A program made the translations under genes and the position numbers. The notes beneath the pieces are model-generated. The model was not told where the DNA came from. It saw only the letters and a list, made by a program, of their open reading frames with translations, and made no database searches. A stretch of DNA of 57,181 nucleotides, the filler included, from Basidiobolus ranarum (Eukaryota): assembly GCA_040143965.1 (NCBI GenBank). It is 6 parts of 6 records of this genome, joined end to end, with 100 filler letters (N's around TTAATTAATTAA, not from the genome) between each part and the next. Parts side by side here need not be neighbours in the genome. Positions count along the whole stretch, not along the records: positions 19,130 to 28,578 come from JASJQH010007700.1; positions 28,679 to 38,123 come from JASJQH010007701.1; positions 38,224 to 47,664 come from JASJQH010007702.1; 3 more parts are not named here. One strand, 5' to 3'. Shown here in pieces: positions 24,601-38,558 of the stretch; within the stretch, counting starts at the first letter, position 1, and every line of letters starts with the position of its first letter.

Positions 24601-26634
24601 CGTGCATTTATTGGCTATGAGTGACTTGAGCAGAGAATTGGCACAAGCCCAAATGAATGGGAAGGTGCCATGGATAGCATATTCCAAGAGTCACCGCAAA
24701 CTTGCGTCTATTTCTTGGTACCTCTGCTTCTGACTGTATCTGCTTCCCCAGGGGTTCGTCAATGCAAAGGCCATATATGCCATCTAAGAGTCAGGATACG
24801 CACAGTGGCTGGAGCCAATCCTACACTATGCCAGGTATAACGGCAACCTTCAGGTCGTCAAGATTGACACTTATTTAACTTTCTTCACATCACTGACTAC
24901 CGATTCCCACATACGTTCTTGCCCCAACTCCAAAATCATTAGTTTACTTCAATATTAAAGTAGCCTTTTTAAAGAACTATGTAATCGATTCTATTGTAAA
25001 CCTCATATTCTCTCGGGGAACACACCTGTCCAGTAAACCACTGTCACCCATTTGATTAGGGCAATCCCTGGCGCTGTACCTCGTTTCGTTTACAGAGTAT
25101 AATTGAATCCTATATATCCCCTGTTGCTGAAATAGACACCCATTATATTATAAAACCACATACTGCGGGCCCTAATTGTATGGATTTCCCGTTGATGATG
25201 AGGTGATGCTAGGTAGCAGATCCCCTTACCTGTCTCATAACGACTAGCTCTGCTGATTCAGAATCACTCCCGTGATATACTGTGCTGATGGAAAACGGGG
25301 CTATCTGACCAGTATGTCTATTCAAAAGACCCCAAGCTCCGTAAATCGGTCAATTGCCCAAGAACCAGCTTATTCGTAGAAATCTGAGCGGAATTCCAAG
25401 GTAAATAGATTGTATGATAGAGAATCATCAATAAATGCGTTGTGTGCTTGATTTGGTATCATCACCGGGGTCTCGTTCACATCATCAGCCTATGAATTAC
25501 CTTATTGTTCAGTCCCCTTTTTTTCTACCCATCACCTATCTATATTAGGTGGAATAGTATGTAAATGCCAACCTGCTCGACGCAATACCTGTGTTTCGTG
25601 GCGAATCCCGAAAGTATGTGTGTTTCTCTACGGATTAAGATTGTTCGCGCTGCATTGCAATGAGGAAGGCAGCTTGTATTGTTTACTGGCCTGGTCGGTT
25701 TACCTGAACAAATCAGAATATGGTGCATGTCTATATATTCTATTGCTTCCTATATCAAAGGGCTTTCCTTTTTCAACTTTTTCTTCAACTCACGCACATA
25801 TACTTATTTGCGAAACATGGTACATATCCAATTGCTATTGGTTTTATTCTAAAATAACTTCCAGTGATTTTCCATTTATCTTATCGTTCAAATTGGTATC
25901 CAGCATATTTGTATTGATTTATAATGTTGGCCCGTATTTATATGGTGCAGTTACTTTATCTGTTGATATCTTCAAATACAAAGATCCAGCTATTATTATA
26001 TATTAGGTTAAATCTCGTCATTCTGTTATTTTTCAAGTATATGTATATTTCAATTGAATGGCTAATAGATATTCTTTTCGAGCGCTCAAAAGACAAACAT
26101 TGTAAAATATATATTGACCTGCGTCTGCTGAATCTTTCACGAAATCTGGAGCAGAAAAAAGATATCGTTAAGGAAAATACCAGTAACTACTATAATCGAT
26201 TTACTGGACGCAAAGAAGTCAATTTTATAGGCTGATAGGTATTCAGTTTTAGCCTTTATTCTTTGGGGTTTGCGCTTTTTTTTCTAACGAACTGTATGCT
26301 TTGATTAGAACACTTAGATTTACCTCCAAACGGTTTTCTATTATTTTCTCAGCTTTCACATATTTCATTGTACAGAAAGTGACTTGTGAATTTTAATTGT
26401 CCTTCGAAGTTGCCGTTCCTTGTTTCTATACTTGTATATATACAACTTTTCCTTTATATTATCACCGGTTTTCTCATATAGGCCGCTAGATATTCTCGTT
26501 CGCACTTCAGTTTGCATACGTACTCTCGAAATCTCACGACTTTTAGAAAATTTTGAGTGGTCACGAAGCTGACCCTACTCTCGAAATACTTCCACGAACA
26601 ACGCGACTTTTCCCGTTCATATTTTTAGCCCAAT

Positions 26635-28578
26635 ATGCTAATTCAACAAAACAACTTTGCAGACTTTCTAACCAACGATAGATACCAATCCCATAGCTCA
26701 AATCAAAAGAATTCTCTAAACCATACTGGGAATGGGGGTTTTGCTTCTGTGAATGGAGTCAACCAAAGAAAATCCGCGGTTCCACGCAACTCTGTCGATC
26801 AAAACAACCTAATTTTTCCATTCAGTGGCTCTACAAGTACTGCCGACGTGCCCAAATTTGGTCAAGGGTCGCATGGTCAACTATTTCACCGTACGGGTTC
26901 CGACGCAAATCTTACACAAAATCATTTCTTTCCTCAACCAAGTAATAATATGTACATGGACACTAATTCTGATAGGAATCTTGTCAACACCAGTGGCTCT
27001 CATCTAAATCCCTCGTCTAACAGTGGAAACTCTGCAGGTACAAGTTTAACCACGGACAATCAATCTGCTTGGTCATATTCCATGAAAAATCAACAACAAT
27101 ATCGTAATGGTTTCAATGTTTCTCAACAAACTTGGAAAGATCGAAAAGACCCCTATTCTTCGAAACCCACCAGTACGCTTGTAGACTTTGAGTGTATCTC
27201 ACCACCTCCGCCTCCCAAAAAACTCTTTTTTGGTTCCGATCCAGAAGGGTATTATTCAACTCAGTCGCGTTACGTCGAAAATTCGAATACATTTTCCAAA
27301 AATCCTCCCGATCACCAATTATTTCGAAGAAATTTAAATATACGCGATTTTTCAACTAGAGAAAATGAGCAAGCGCCGAATACTGGATTGTCTTACGAGA
27401 AGTACACTCCTGGCCCATCTTTCGCCAATCAATTTCAGACACAAATGTTACCTTCATATAGTTCCAGTCATAGACAAGATGATTATGGTCATTTTATGGC
27501 CACCGCTGCTAATCTCATTGATCCTTGGGTTAACACTAGCATGTTATTCACCGCCCCTCACGCGAATCTTCTAAACGACACTCAATCTCGACAATCAGGG
27601 GTGCTTAGAGGTGGTCATCAGCCATCATTTCAGCATATGATGCTTCCACCGCCTTCTCCGACCATTCTTCTGTACTATCAGCAAGATCCGGCTCATTTCA
27701 ATTTCAATGGTAACCATCAACTAGCATATCAACCAAACTCCAATTTCTATCATCCTCATGAGCAAATTACCGGTCGACCATACAATTCGAACTATGCAGC
27801 CGAAGATCCTCGATTCGGATATCCACGTCAAATTAGTATTCAGTCACATCAACATCATTCGTCTAACGGCTTGCATGGCACTGAGTATTCGAACTCTCGA
27901 AATCAGTTTAACAGCAATCATTTAAACGAAAAAGCGCAAAGCGAAAATCACAATGGTGTGCAGCTTAATTCAAATGGGCTCAACGAACCAAATCAAATCC
28001 TGTATCTTCGATCTAATCATCCACAGTTAGTGAGTTCGTACGATATGACTAATGCTCCCGTCAACGGAAATCACTTCACACCAAACCACTACAACAGGAG
28101 TCACTACGAACAGCCTTCCAATTCTTTGTCCTGCACTCGATCCCACTTCTCCGGAACTTTAAATACACAACACTCGTATCATCATGGCCTGACAAACAAT
28201 CATGTTCAGCAATTAGTTCCGGGCACCTCTATTACCCTTACTGATGCTAGATCGGATAAAGTACGAGATCAAATTCTGACGCATGCTCACAGTCTCTACT
28301 CATCAACACCACAAGATAGTAACTTGCTTCCAATACTTCATTGTCTTCATGAGTTGCATCCAAAACATCTTCCAACTCTTTTGCTATTGGCATGTGTATA
28401 TTTCTCTCGTGAAGATACTGCAAAATCGCTTTATTATAATTCAAAAATCCTTGAGATTGATCCTAATTATGTGGAGGCCATGAGTAATATCGGAACTACT
28501 CTTAGAAGTACAGGTCGATGTTCTGAAGCGGAGAATTGGTGGTGGCGAGCTATCAGTCTTCGTCCTGGATACTGGCTT
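26635..28578 (+). CDS. TPR protein, probably a GT41 O-GlcNAc transferase (OGT-like), with a long N/Q/S/H-rich N-terminus; 3'-truncated
   Basis: HPKHLPTLLLLACVYFS...ILEIDPNYVEAMSNIGTTLRSTGRCSEAENWWWRAISLRPGYW resembles the TPR start of fungal GT41 proteins; the catalytic domain is not in the window. Confidence 0.75.
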
Positions 28579-28678
28579 NNNNNNNNNNNNNNNNNNNNNN
28601 NNNNNNNNNNNNNNNNNNNNNNTTAATTAATTAANNNNNNNNNNNNNNNNNNNNNNNNNNNNNNNNNNNNNNNNNNNN
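28579..28678. other. Artificial contig-joining linker
   Basis: Same structure; truncates the OGT-like ORF on the left and actin on the right. Confidence 0.98.
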
Positions 28679-28764
28679 CCCTCTCCACCTTCCAACAAAT
28701 GTGGATCTCCAAGCAAGAATATGATGAATCTGGTCCATCAATTGTTCACCGCAAGTGTTTCTAA
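28679..28764 (+). CDS. ACT1: Actin, 3' end only
   Basis: [30 protein letters not shown]. Confidence 0.97.
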
Positions 28765-28975
28765 TTTTAGCATACTGAGTCTACAAACATGTTCAATTCT
28801 CGGTCAGTTTACAGCAACACCTTTTGTATGGATAGCTCGATCTTTGGTTATAACGTAAACTAACTTTAATCAGGAGAAATGTTATCTCAAAGTTGTTGTA
28901 AAAAGATTTTGTGAAATCATTTTTCCAATAAAAAATAATAATAATTACATGACGTAACTGTTCAAAGGTACTAGA

Positions 28976-30525
28976 CTAAAGATTACTACTAAGTTTATCT
29001 GATTGAATCACCTGACTCTGCTCCAGTTCATCAATTTCCCCAGAATGGTAGCCAATTTCTTTCAATATTTCCATCGAGTGTTTGCCAGGAGGGAGGAAAG
29101 AGGGACTGTTTTCATTGCGATGCACTGGTGTTCTAGAAAGAACCGGTGCGGGAGCTGGATTTAACGAATGTTCCATCGATAAGACGGGAGTAACACATGC
29201 ATCACTATTTTTAAATATAGCGGTCCATTCATCTTGAGATTTCTGTCGAAACCTCTGTTGAAAAATCCCTCGAATCCTGGGCCAACTAGGAGTATCATAC
29301 TGGTCTGGAAGTGAATCGGGATCCAGTTCAAGTCCGGTAATCAACTCACGATAAAACTGTGTCTCTATTGCACCGCTTTATAGAGGTAAGTGAGTTGCTC
29401 AAGTCAGGGTGGAAGAATATGATTTCCTTACACTGCCATATGTTTTCCATCCAATGTCTCGTATACTTCGTAGAAAGGTGCTCCACCGTCTAGTAAGTTG
29501 TTTCCACGCCCATTACCATGAGCCCCATGTTTGATCAACTCAGATAGAAAGGTGGAGAGGTACCCAACTCCGTCGACCTTCACACAATTATTTAATTAAG
29601 TATCATTTGTATAGAAACAATAATGCGTACTTTACCATGGCTGCGTCTATCACTTGGCCCAGGCCGGATCTTCCCCGTTCATACAACGCCATCAGTATCC
29701 CAATCACACATATTAAACTACCACCGGCAAAGTCCGCTATCCGATGAAACTGGTTATCGATGACGTCAGTGGAATGAGATGATGTGTAACTATGGCTAAC
29801 CCAAATAGTTGATTGGAAACATCGGCTTTTCTCCTGACCTTCCCATAGCCTAAATGATTAAGATTATTATGGAGAAGCAAGGGTTACGAAGCATTTTAAA
29901 CCATATTTACCGATAAAACTCCAGAAATAGCCAAGTAATTAATGTCATGGCCAGCCTCGCGAGAATAGTCCCCTACGAAAGCCAATTAGTTGACCGATAT
30001 TTATGGGAATTGGATGGAGATTGAGCGGATTCTTTCGTTTACCAGTTTGTCCGTAACCAGTTAATCTAGCATAAATTAAACGAGGATTATTCTTGCATAT
30101 TACCTCGGGACCAAATCCAAGCTTTTCCATGATTCCTGGTCTATATGGCTCGATCAAAATATCCGCTTGTTTGGTTAAGCGATGTAGAATCTCTTTGCCT
30201 TTCTCCGATTTTACATCCAGGGCTATAGAGCGTTTGCCTCTATGAAGTATTTGGTTATTAACTTTCCACCGAGAACCCACTAAAGAGTTCCAGTGTACTT
30301 ATGGGGTTTATTTCATTACCTTGCCAAGAAATCGGTAGAGTTACTCTTCACCCGGTCGATTCGAATAACGTCGGCGCCAAAGTCTGCAAGTATCAGCCCT
30401 AAAGAAGGATAGTAGGCTTTAGACCTCCTCTTATACGACTGGTACGATAACTACCAACCTGCAAAAGGACCAGGTGCTAAACCTGCAAATTCAATCACTC
30501 GGATACCTTTCAAGGGAAGATCCAT
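28976..30525 (-). CDS. AMACR: Alpha-methylacyl-CoA racemase (CoA-transferase family III), multiple short introns, PTS1-like C-terminus SNL
   Basis: [96 protein letters not shown]. Confidence 0.92.
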
Positions 30526-31459
30526 TTCTTTGAGGAGGAGTGGATTGGGTTTGGATTTACGTCTACACTAGATGATGTATATATATGCATTGATGTGAAT
30601 CCGCATATATATATTAATGGATGATGGGAAGAGACGACAACTGAACACCTGCTCAAGTGTCTACCATCAATTCTTAATATGTATTAACATTACTAAGGTG
30701 AAACTGTGAAAATCATGAAAACCAATCATTGTGTGACTGGAACTATGTATGTGACAATATGATCCATCACTTGTCTTGCTTGCTTTAAATCAACATTGCC
30801 ATTACAAATCATGGTAAAATGAGCGAGTATCTTTGTGAGGAGAGGGAATTGTGTAAGCTAATTATAAGGGGTGCTATACTCAGCCGTTTCTTGTAAATAT
30901 GTGTATCCAAGGGTTAGAGTAATATAAACTGCTCGCTATCCCATCTCTGTTGCAAGTTCTATTCTATATAATCAGTATGATCAATCCAGAAAATTATGGA
31001 GATATACTTTAGGGCTTCGAAATGTCACGAAAATTAGTCAAAGTGGTGGATACTTTATATATTTCTTGTACAATGTTATAGAAACCATAGAAATACCGCA
31101 TTAGCGGGTAGAAGAAGTTCTTGGAATACGATATAAAATTACACGAGAGGAAAAGTCTATATTCTACAAAAACAGATACAGGAGAAAGAAGAAAGCAAAA
31201 AATTCTGACACAGATTCATACGCTTGCAAATGACAAAATATTTTTGAGGATGTGACTTTCAAACAACTTGTTTAACGCTACTGAAAGAGTAAAACAAGGT
31301 TATTAGCGTTCTTCATTCAGAAGTGGAAAAACATGTCTCGAAAATATTCTGTCAAGGTTCGGGAAATGACGTAGGTGTCAATGTATATATATGTTAAACC
31401 TTTGGTGTTAGCTAATAGAGCATCGAAAGATCGATTTCAATGTACTATTTACCAAGGGT

Positions 31460-34416
31460 TCAACGCCATTGAGGCTTAGCACTTTTTCTAACGGTACTAT
31501 TAGTGCCAGCCGAAGTTGATCCAAATAACTTTCGCGTTGGTCCACTGGACGCCTTCTGATATCCACTTTCTGGAGCGTCACCGGAGTCCACTCTAGTGCG
31601 TACTCTGGGCCCCCCAATTTCATTTAACGGATGATACCCTCCAAGACGAGTGCGCCTACGTGAGCTATTGCTTCTAATAGCACCGCTCTCATGGGATTTA
31701 CTTTTGGGTGTGCTAGGCGAAGACTGCACAGTATCATCGAGAGTTTTAGTCTTCAAGCTGGACTTCAAAATACTGGAGCTCTTCTTGAAGATTGAGGGAA
31801 GGGTCGGGGGTTTGGTAGCGGGTGAGGATGTACCAAAGGTGTTTCCGGATAGTGGAAAGTTGATAACTTTGGGGCTGTTTTTAAAGGGAGAAGAAATCTC
31901 ATCATCACTAAATGTCACCGTACGTTTTCTTTTGTTGGAGTTAGTGAGTGTGGCACTATTTAATGTGGAATTGACACGTGGGCGCTTCACACTCGATACC
32001 TTGGGAGAGATTAGCATTGGCTCTAGAGGTAGTTTAGCCGCTTTTACTCTTGATTTTGGTGACGGAGCCTTCTCTGGTGTAGAGCGCGTTAGTGCAGAAC
32101 GAAGTGGCGATCTTCTAGGTTTCAGATTGGCTGGAGATCTATTCAATCTAATTGGTCGTGTAGATCTAATAGTCAATTCATTAAGGTCGGAAGATAGATA
32201 TTCAGAGTCAAGTTTCGAAGCTTCCGGGATACTCAACATGTCTTTAAGCTCCTCTTCAACCTCACCATAAGAAGTGGCAATGTCTTGCTTCTTGACTAAA
32301 TCAGCGAAGATGGTAATTTGGGCCATATAGATGTCATTCAGGTACGTGGTATCCAGTCCTTGGGATTTAACTAACTCTATACAATCACGTAATCCAGCCA
32401 GGCATGTGGCGTTGGTTTTCATAAAAGCATTGGCAATTTGAGACTGGTTACGACTAGTACATTGATTTAAAATGACAATCTTCTCTAGTCGAGTTCTCAA
32501 TGAATCGAGATTTCGCGCGCTAACATTCTGAACGTCACCAACTAACTTGACTTCTTTCAGTACGTCTGAGGGTATTTTATGAGCATTTGCTTGAATAAGC
32601 CTTTCTATGAGATGCCGGTGTCGTTTGTTGGTATTCCATGCATAGTCTAGACGGCGGGCAATAGCATTTTTGTTTTCTTCCAGACTCAGAAGGGTTTCCT
32701 GAACCATATCGAGATAGGAATGCATCTTAGAATCCTCTTCATTAGAGGCCGTAATGGTTAGGTATGTATCACGCCAGGTCTTTAATCCCTCGAAACGTTG
32801 ATGAATATCCATGAAGTGAGCCCAGAGATTGCCAATATCACTCTCACACTCACTAACCTTCTCGTAGTGAATATCTAGTTTCTTTTGACTTTCCTCAAGT
32901 TGCTTACGCAAGGACGAGTCGAGTGCAAACCCATTGGATATGTTGTGATTAAATGGTTTGATTTCCTTATCTTTCACTAGAAGTCTTTTCTTGAGCTCCT
33001 CAACTTCGGAACGTAAGTCCTTAATAATCTTAACATATTGGGAAACATGCATGTTGACACTCAGCGTGTTCTTCTCTACTCTATTCTTAATATTCTTCGC
33101 ACGACTAGCGTACTTCAATGTGTTATGTGTCTCATCGTAGTAAAGGCTGGATGGACTGACGCATACAATCATGACAGTCTTGCAATTGCCACCAAGTGAG
33201 AATTTCAACAGTCGAGTCAATTTACTGTCACGATATGGAATATGCGCCTTTCGAGTTTCATCACAAAGTGCATTGATACAATTTCCCAGAGCTAATAAAG
33301 CAGCGTACATGTTAATAATCTGTAAGGTATTCTTACCGATTTAAAATGAGAAAGGTTACCTAATAAAGACCTGTTGATATTGGCGCCTTCTAGAAGACGC
33401 TCCCCCTTGTTCGCGGTAACTGAGGCTCTCTCACTACCAGCCAAATCGATTAAACTCAAAGTTGCCATCACGTAATCGGTGGTGATATTGGCAGTTCGAG
33501 GTCTTTGTTTAATATGAATTTGTAAAACTGCATGAGAACGCGACGAAGTCGCATTAGCCTCAGTCGAAGAGACGGTACGATTTCGATTACCGCGAAGAAT
33601 CATATCCATCACGTGGTTTACCTGATATATGTTCATTTAAATTAGAAAAACGACACGGATTATAGGCAGGGATCAACTATGACTTACATCTTGCGGGAAA
33701 TGCTCACTTAGACCAGATACTACCACTTTTTTATTGGAATCTTCACGTAGTGCAAGAGATGATGAGACTTCTCCCTCGGGTACAAGTAGGTCTCGAATGG
33801 TTTCATTGTATACTTCTAGGTATGACAGGGATATTTCGGTAGTTTTCTCATTCTCCACAGCATCAATTCTGCGGAAGAGTTCTTGCATAGTTAAGAAGAT
33901 GATTCCTGGATTCTCTGGAGTACCACTAATAGTGTGTGTTTTGCCGCAACCAGTAGCCTAAGAAGAGAAAAACTTCAATTAGTTGAATTATCCAATACAT
34001 GTCACAAGTTAATGAAAGCCACATACACCATAAGCAAATACAGTTGAATTAAAACCGCTTAAAATGTTATCAATTAAAGATTTACTAGTTCCTTCGAATA
34101 CATCCTCTTGGGTTGAATCTTCGTCAAAAACGCGATCAAATACGAATCTTGCATCTTTGTGGCGCTTATTACTAGCACCTATTTTGTGCGAAGAGTGCAT
34201 TTCTTCCGGAGGATCAAACACGATCACATGGTCATCAATGACGTGAACTACTTTACGAACATATTTGGAAAGTGCTTTCTCGTGAGAAGCTTGGAAAGAA
34301 GTAGCAAAAGGGAACCGGTGATTATTAGTTGGAGGAAGTAGTGCGATCTCCCGTTCGTTAAAAGGACGAACTCTAACGGCTACTAAGATAGCGGACTCAT
34401 TCGAATTTGAAGACAT
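31460..34416 (-). CDS. KIP3: Kinesin-8 family motor (Kip3/Klp5-like), 3 introns
   Basis: [50 protein letters not shown]...[41 protein letters not shown]; coiled coil and basic tail. Confidence 0.93.
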
Positions 34417-37400
34417 ACCTCAAATAAATATGAAAAGTGATATATCCCTTTAGTGCAGGCCAAGGTCAACAAAGATTTAACTTTCCTTCACCTTCGTTCG
34501 GTTGTAGAAGTACTTAATAACCTAGGTAGGAATAAAAGAAGGCCAGCTCTCGAACGATTCCCAGAAAGCATATAAATGCCTCTGGTAGATTAAGAGTGTG
34601 AAATTTGGAAAAAAGACTAGACAAAACAAAAGGAAAGCCAATCAAATAGCATTAGTGATGAATAACAATATTGATCGAAAGGTAAATAAATATTACTCGA
34701 GCGGATGAAAAAATCCTTCTGCCAGCAGCTTTAGATGCGCCATATTATAGGCTAGGTTTTTAGCAACATGTCTGTAGACCAACACAGACTGTTCACCTTC
34801 TACAACATTACTCGTATCAGTACCTTCAATGCAAAGCAAAAGCAATGGCTCAATAATGAATCATCAAACTGGTTTGAGATACAAGTTTTGGCTCATTTTG
34901 AGGATTTTTCATTACACAATGCGCTGTTAAAGTGGGGTAGTACACAGCTGTAGATTCGATTTGTATTCAAACAGTTTGGCTGATGAATGTTACTATATTT
35001 ATTTTGTTTGCTATATATTGGAAGGCCAGCTCGATGTTGTAACACCTGAGTTGCTCATAGAACAAGCGCGCTAGTAAGTGATGTTAAATACTCCATATTA
35101 TAAGCTGGACACAAATACTAGCAGTTACTGTCTCTGAATATTTATATCATGACATCATTTAGGCAAAATCATAATATGTTGGCATTTTCTATTGTGAGAA
35201 GATAGAACCCTTTTTTCACCAGTGACTTCGCAGCTGACTGGAATGAGCTTTACAGGGATTTGGTCTTAATTTGAATTCCAAGGGTGTTCTAGAAGCTGAA
35301 ATATAAAAACCATTTTTCTTCTACCAGTTTATGTGCCTCATTTTTATACTGCAAGTCGATGTAAGTAAATCACATACAATTTCCAATTTATTTTGAATAG
35401 TATGATATCATTGGGTTTCATTGTATTGCAAAGAACAGTTATGGTACGCTTCAGGTAGTGGCTTGGGAATTTTGATAAGTCGAGGTTGTAGAATATATTT
35501 CAGTATGTCTTAGCAATTTTGAGCAACAATAAGACTTTCATTTTGGTTCTAAACTCCTCAAAAATGCTCTCTATCTCTCTCCAATCAGGGAAATTTACAC
35601 TGATATGTTTCCTTTCAAAGTCGGAATTCATCTTATCACATATTTCCTTTATCGTTTCTAATATCTCTTACTTGTCCCAAATGCTCACAACCAAAGATAT
35701 GTGCATGCAGCTCACGTTAGCATTTTATCCCCATCATGTGACACTGCTTGTTGGAAATGATAGTTACTCTGAGTCTCCAGGATATATCTTATTGGGAAAA
35801 TATGGGCTATTTGGAGGAACTTTAGAAAAATGGAGTTGTGATTAACTTGTGAGATGAATATAAATTGACCAGAAATAAAGCATTTATACTTTTTGGTGGA
35901 GATACAGAAGACTAACACTAGGGTTGTGTTCAGAACATCTGTGGGAGTAAAAGGAGCTACTTTTGGGGCAATTTGGACGAGTTTGAAATCTCCAGTATAA
36001 AATTGCTAATTCAGATAATTCACATATATATAAAATATATGTTCCAATTTTCAGCTAAGTGATATTTGACTAAATAATGTTAACTAACCTAAGAGTGATA
36101 TATGAAATAGTTAGGTGTATAAACATAGAGATAACAAATATGATGAAGATAATAAACTCCAACATATCTGACAGTGTAGTTTCAATGTTCAAATATGATC
36201 TCATCTGACCACCTAATTCTTATTTTATTAACATATGCATTCTATATGTGTATAAACTTGGACCGTTGGCTTAAATTTCAACACTAACACATACATGAAT
36301 CAAGTTCACTTTGAGTAGTTGTCTTTAAAGCCATAAAAATGAAGAACAGCACAAGGTCTCTACTCCATTGGTTAAAGATTTCCCAACAATACGTTTGTCA
36401 GAATATATGCCTGAATCGAAACAAAGCATAGAGTGGAACTATAAGCATTCCCACCATTGGCCATCGAAGTATTCTGTTTCATTGTGTAACATGTATTCTG
36501 GAATATATAGCATACTGCAATTACAGGTCCATCTTCTGCTCAAAATAACTTCGATAATACCAACTGTCAAATATTATTTATATATCTCATAATCACACCA
36601 CGAAGACGTTCTTAGTAACAATAAGTAGTATATAAAGATCTCAAGCATTTGACGAACAATGTTATAAAATTTATTGGGATTGTGGTTACTTGATAACACT
36701 ACTGGATTATATGGAGCCAGATGGCGCAAAGAAATATTCAACCAAGAAATAAATGTTTGTGGTAGCAAATCTTATATTGGTTAGGCAATTCAATGTGAGG
36801 TAAGCTTAAACTGAAGGAAAGAGTTTTCTTGGGGAATTACTTTGAATACACTATGCACACTATATTAGTGTTTATTTGCTGAAAAATAGCTCTATCGTCA
36901 ACATATATAACGCCACTGTATGTTTCCCAGGTTAGAAGAATGGTTGTATGAAAGGTATTCAATTGCAGTATATTCAGACAACACGAGATCCACTGACTCA
37001 TGGTATTCAGTCCTTAATAGTAAATCCATCCAGTTTCTAATTACTCGCCTATTCAATGACCGTGAGATTACTATTACAAATCTAATGATTTTGTTTACAT
37101 CCTGGGCAGCTACTTATTGGAATATTTCATCACACTTACCATTGGTAACACACACTCAGTAAGTGGGGACTGATATTGAAAAAGATCCAAGGATGCTTCA
37201 TACCACACATATGATGTGAAGAAGTATTTTAGTGCCAAACTATTCGCTCAAAATCATCGATTTTCAAACCCCATTGAGGATTGTTGTTGGCCAAACGTTG
37301 TGATGTGCTTTGTATTACAAATCGCACTTTAGCCACGACGAAGGGCAACAGTTAGTAGGGTAGCACGATATACTTTAGTGCTGGAGTCACTTGAGCTCCC

Positions 37401-38123
37401 ACAGGAAAAGTAATCATTTACAAATCGAATCGAATCCAATTCAAAACCATTAAATAATGGAATCCAATAGCACTTATTGCTCACAGAATCAACATCGAAT
37501 TGGGAGTGCAGCGATGGGAGGAATGTCATGGGTACGACTATTCCTGTTCTTCTTGTTATTGATTCATTTACTTTAGAATCTGTGAGGATCCGGCGAAAAC
37601 AATAAATTCCAGGCAGCTATGGAGGTTTTCGAAGGACTCATTTCAAATCCAAAACTCACCTGAAATATACAAGTGGCGCCCGGGGCTATGTAAAGTCACT
37701 CGTCTGACTGATATGGAGATCTGTACATTTTAGTGAAATGCTTATCTGGCTATATTTGACGTACAAATGGTTCGGAAATTCTGTTTAGCAGCTACAGGTG
37801 CGTATAAGTAAATTTGGGTATAGAGTTAGATTGAACCACCGTTCGTGGCAGTGGCTTCATTTGTTGGTGCCTGGCAATTTATGAAACTGGTTATATTGTA
37901 TGTGGACTCTGGCCATATTAATCATATCAACGATGAGATTTTTTAGGTCCAAGCTGTTCCAATGACCCTGCCTGTTGTTATTTCTCCCCTACTGTTAAAC
38001 ATAATCCCTAAGTTGCTGTAATTCAATCTAGCTCCAACAAGTCATATGATGTCAACCTAGATGTATCTTAAAGTAGTGACAAATTAAGAAACCCAGTTGA
38101 ATAGAGTTAAGATTATGCCTGAT

Positions 38124-38223
38124 NNNNNNNNNNNNNNNNNNNNNNNNNNNNNNNNNNNNNNNNNNNNTTAATTAATTAANNNNNNNNNNNNNNNNNNNNN
38201 NNNNNNNNNNNNNNNNNNNNNNN
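38124..38223. other. Artificial contig-joining linker
   Basis: Same structure. Confidence 0.98.
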
Positions 38224-38558
38224 TACGATCAGTAACAATCAAAACGATGATGCTTTAACATCAAAGCTATTTGTACTAGTACATGTTTGCGAATTAATGG
38301 TTTTTTATGCTTTTAGTGTTGTTAGAAAACAATAGTTTCGAGTTTTTCTTGAAATATAAAGATCACGACTCCAACAGCAGAATGGGAACTATACCATAAC
38401 TGCTACATTAATTTTATCTGGAACTAAAACTTCAGTTTATGAGGGCAAATAGTACTAGTGGGTTTATTGAAAACTTTATACAGTGACTGACAAACAGTAG
38501 GATTGTGTAACGGGTATAGTATATAATACAGCATAGAATAAGATATGACAACAAATGT

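Noticed and set aside
34417-38123. Short ORFs in the AT-rich region beyond the kinesin gene
   Set aside because: No recognisable motifs or consistent exon structure; treated as intergenic
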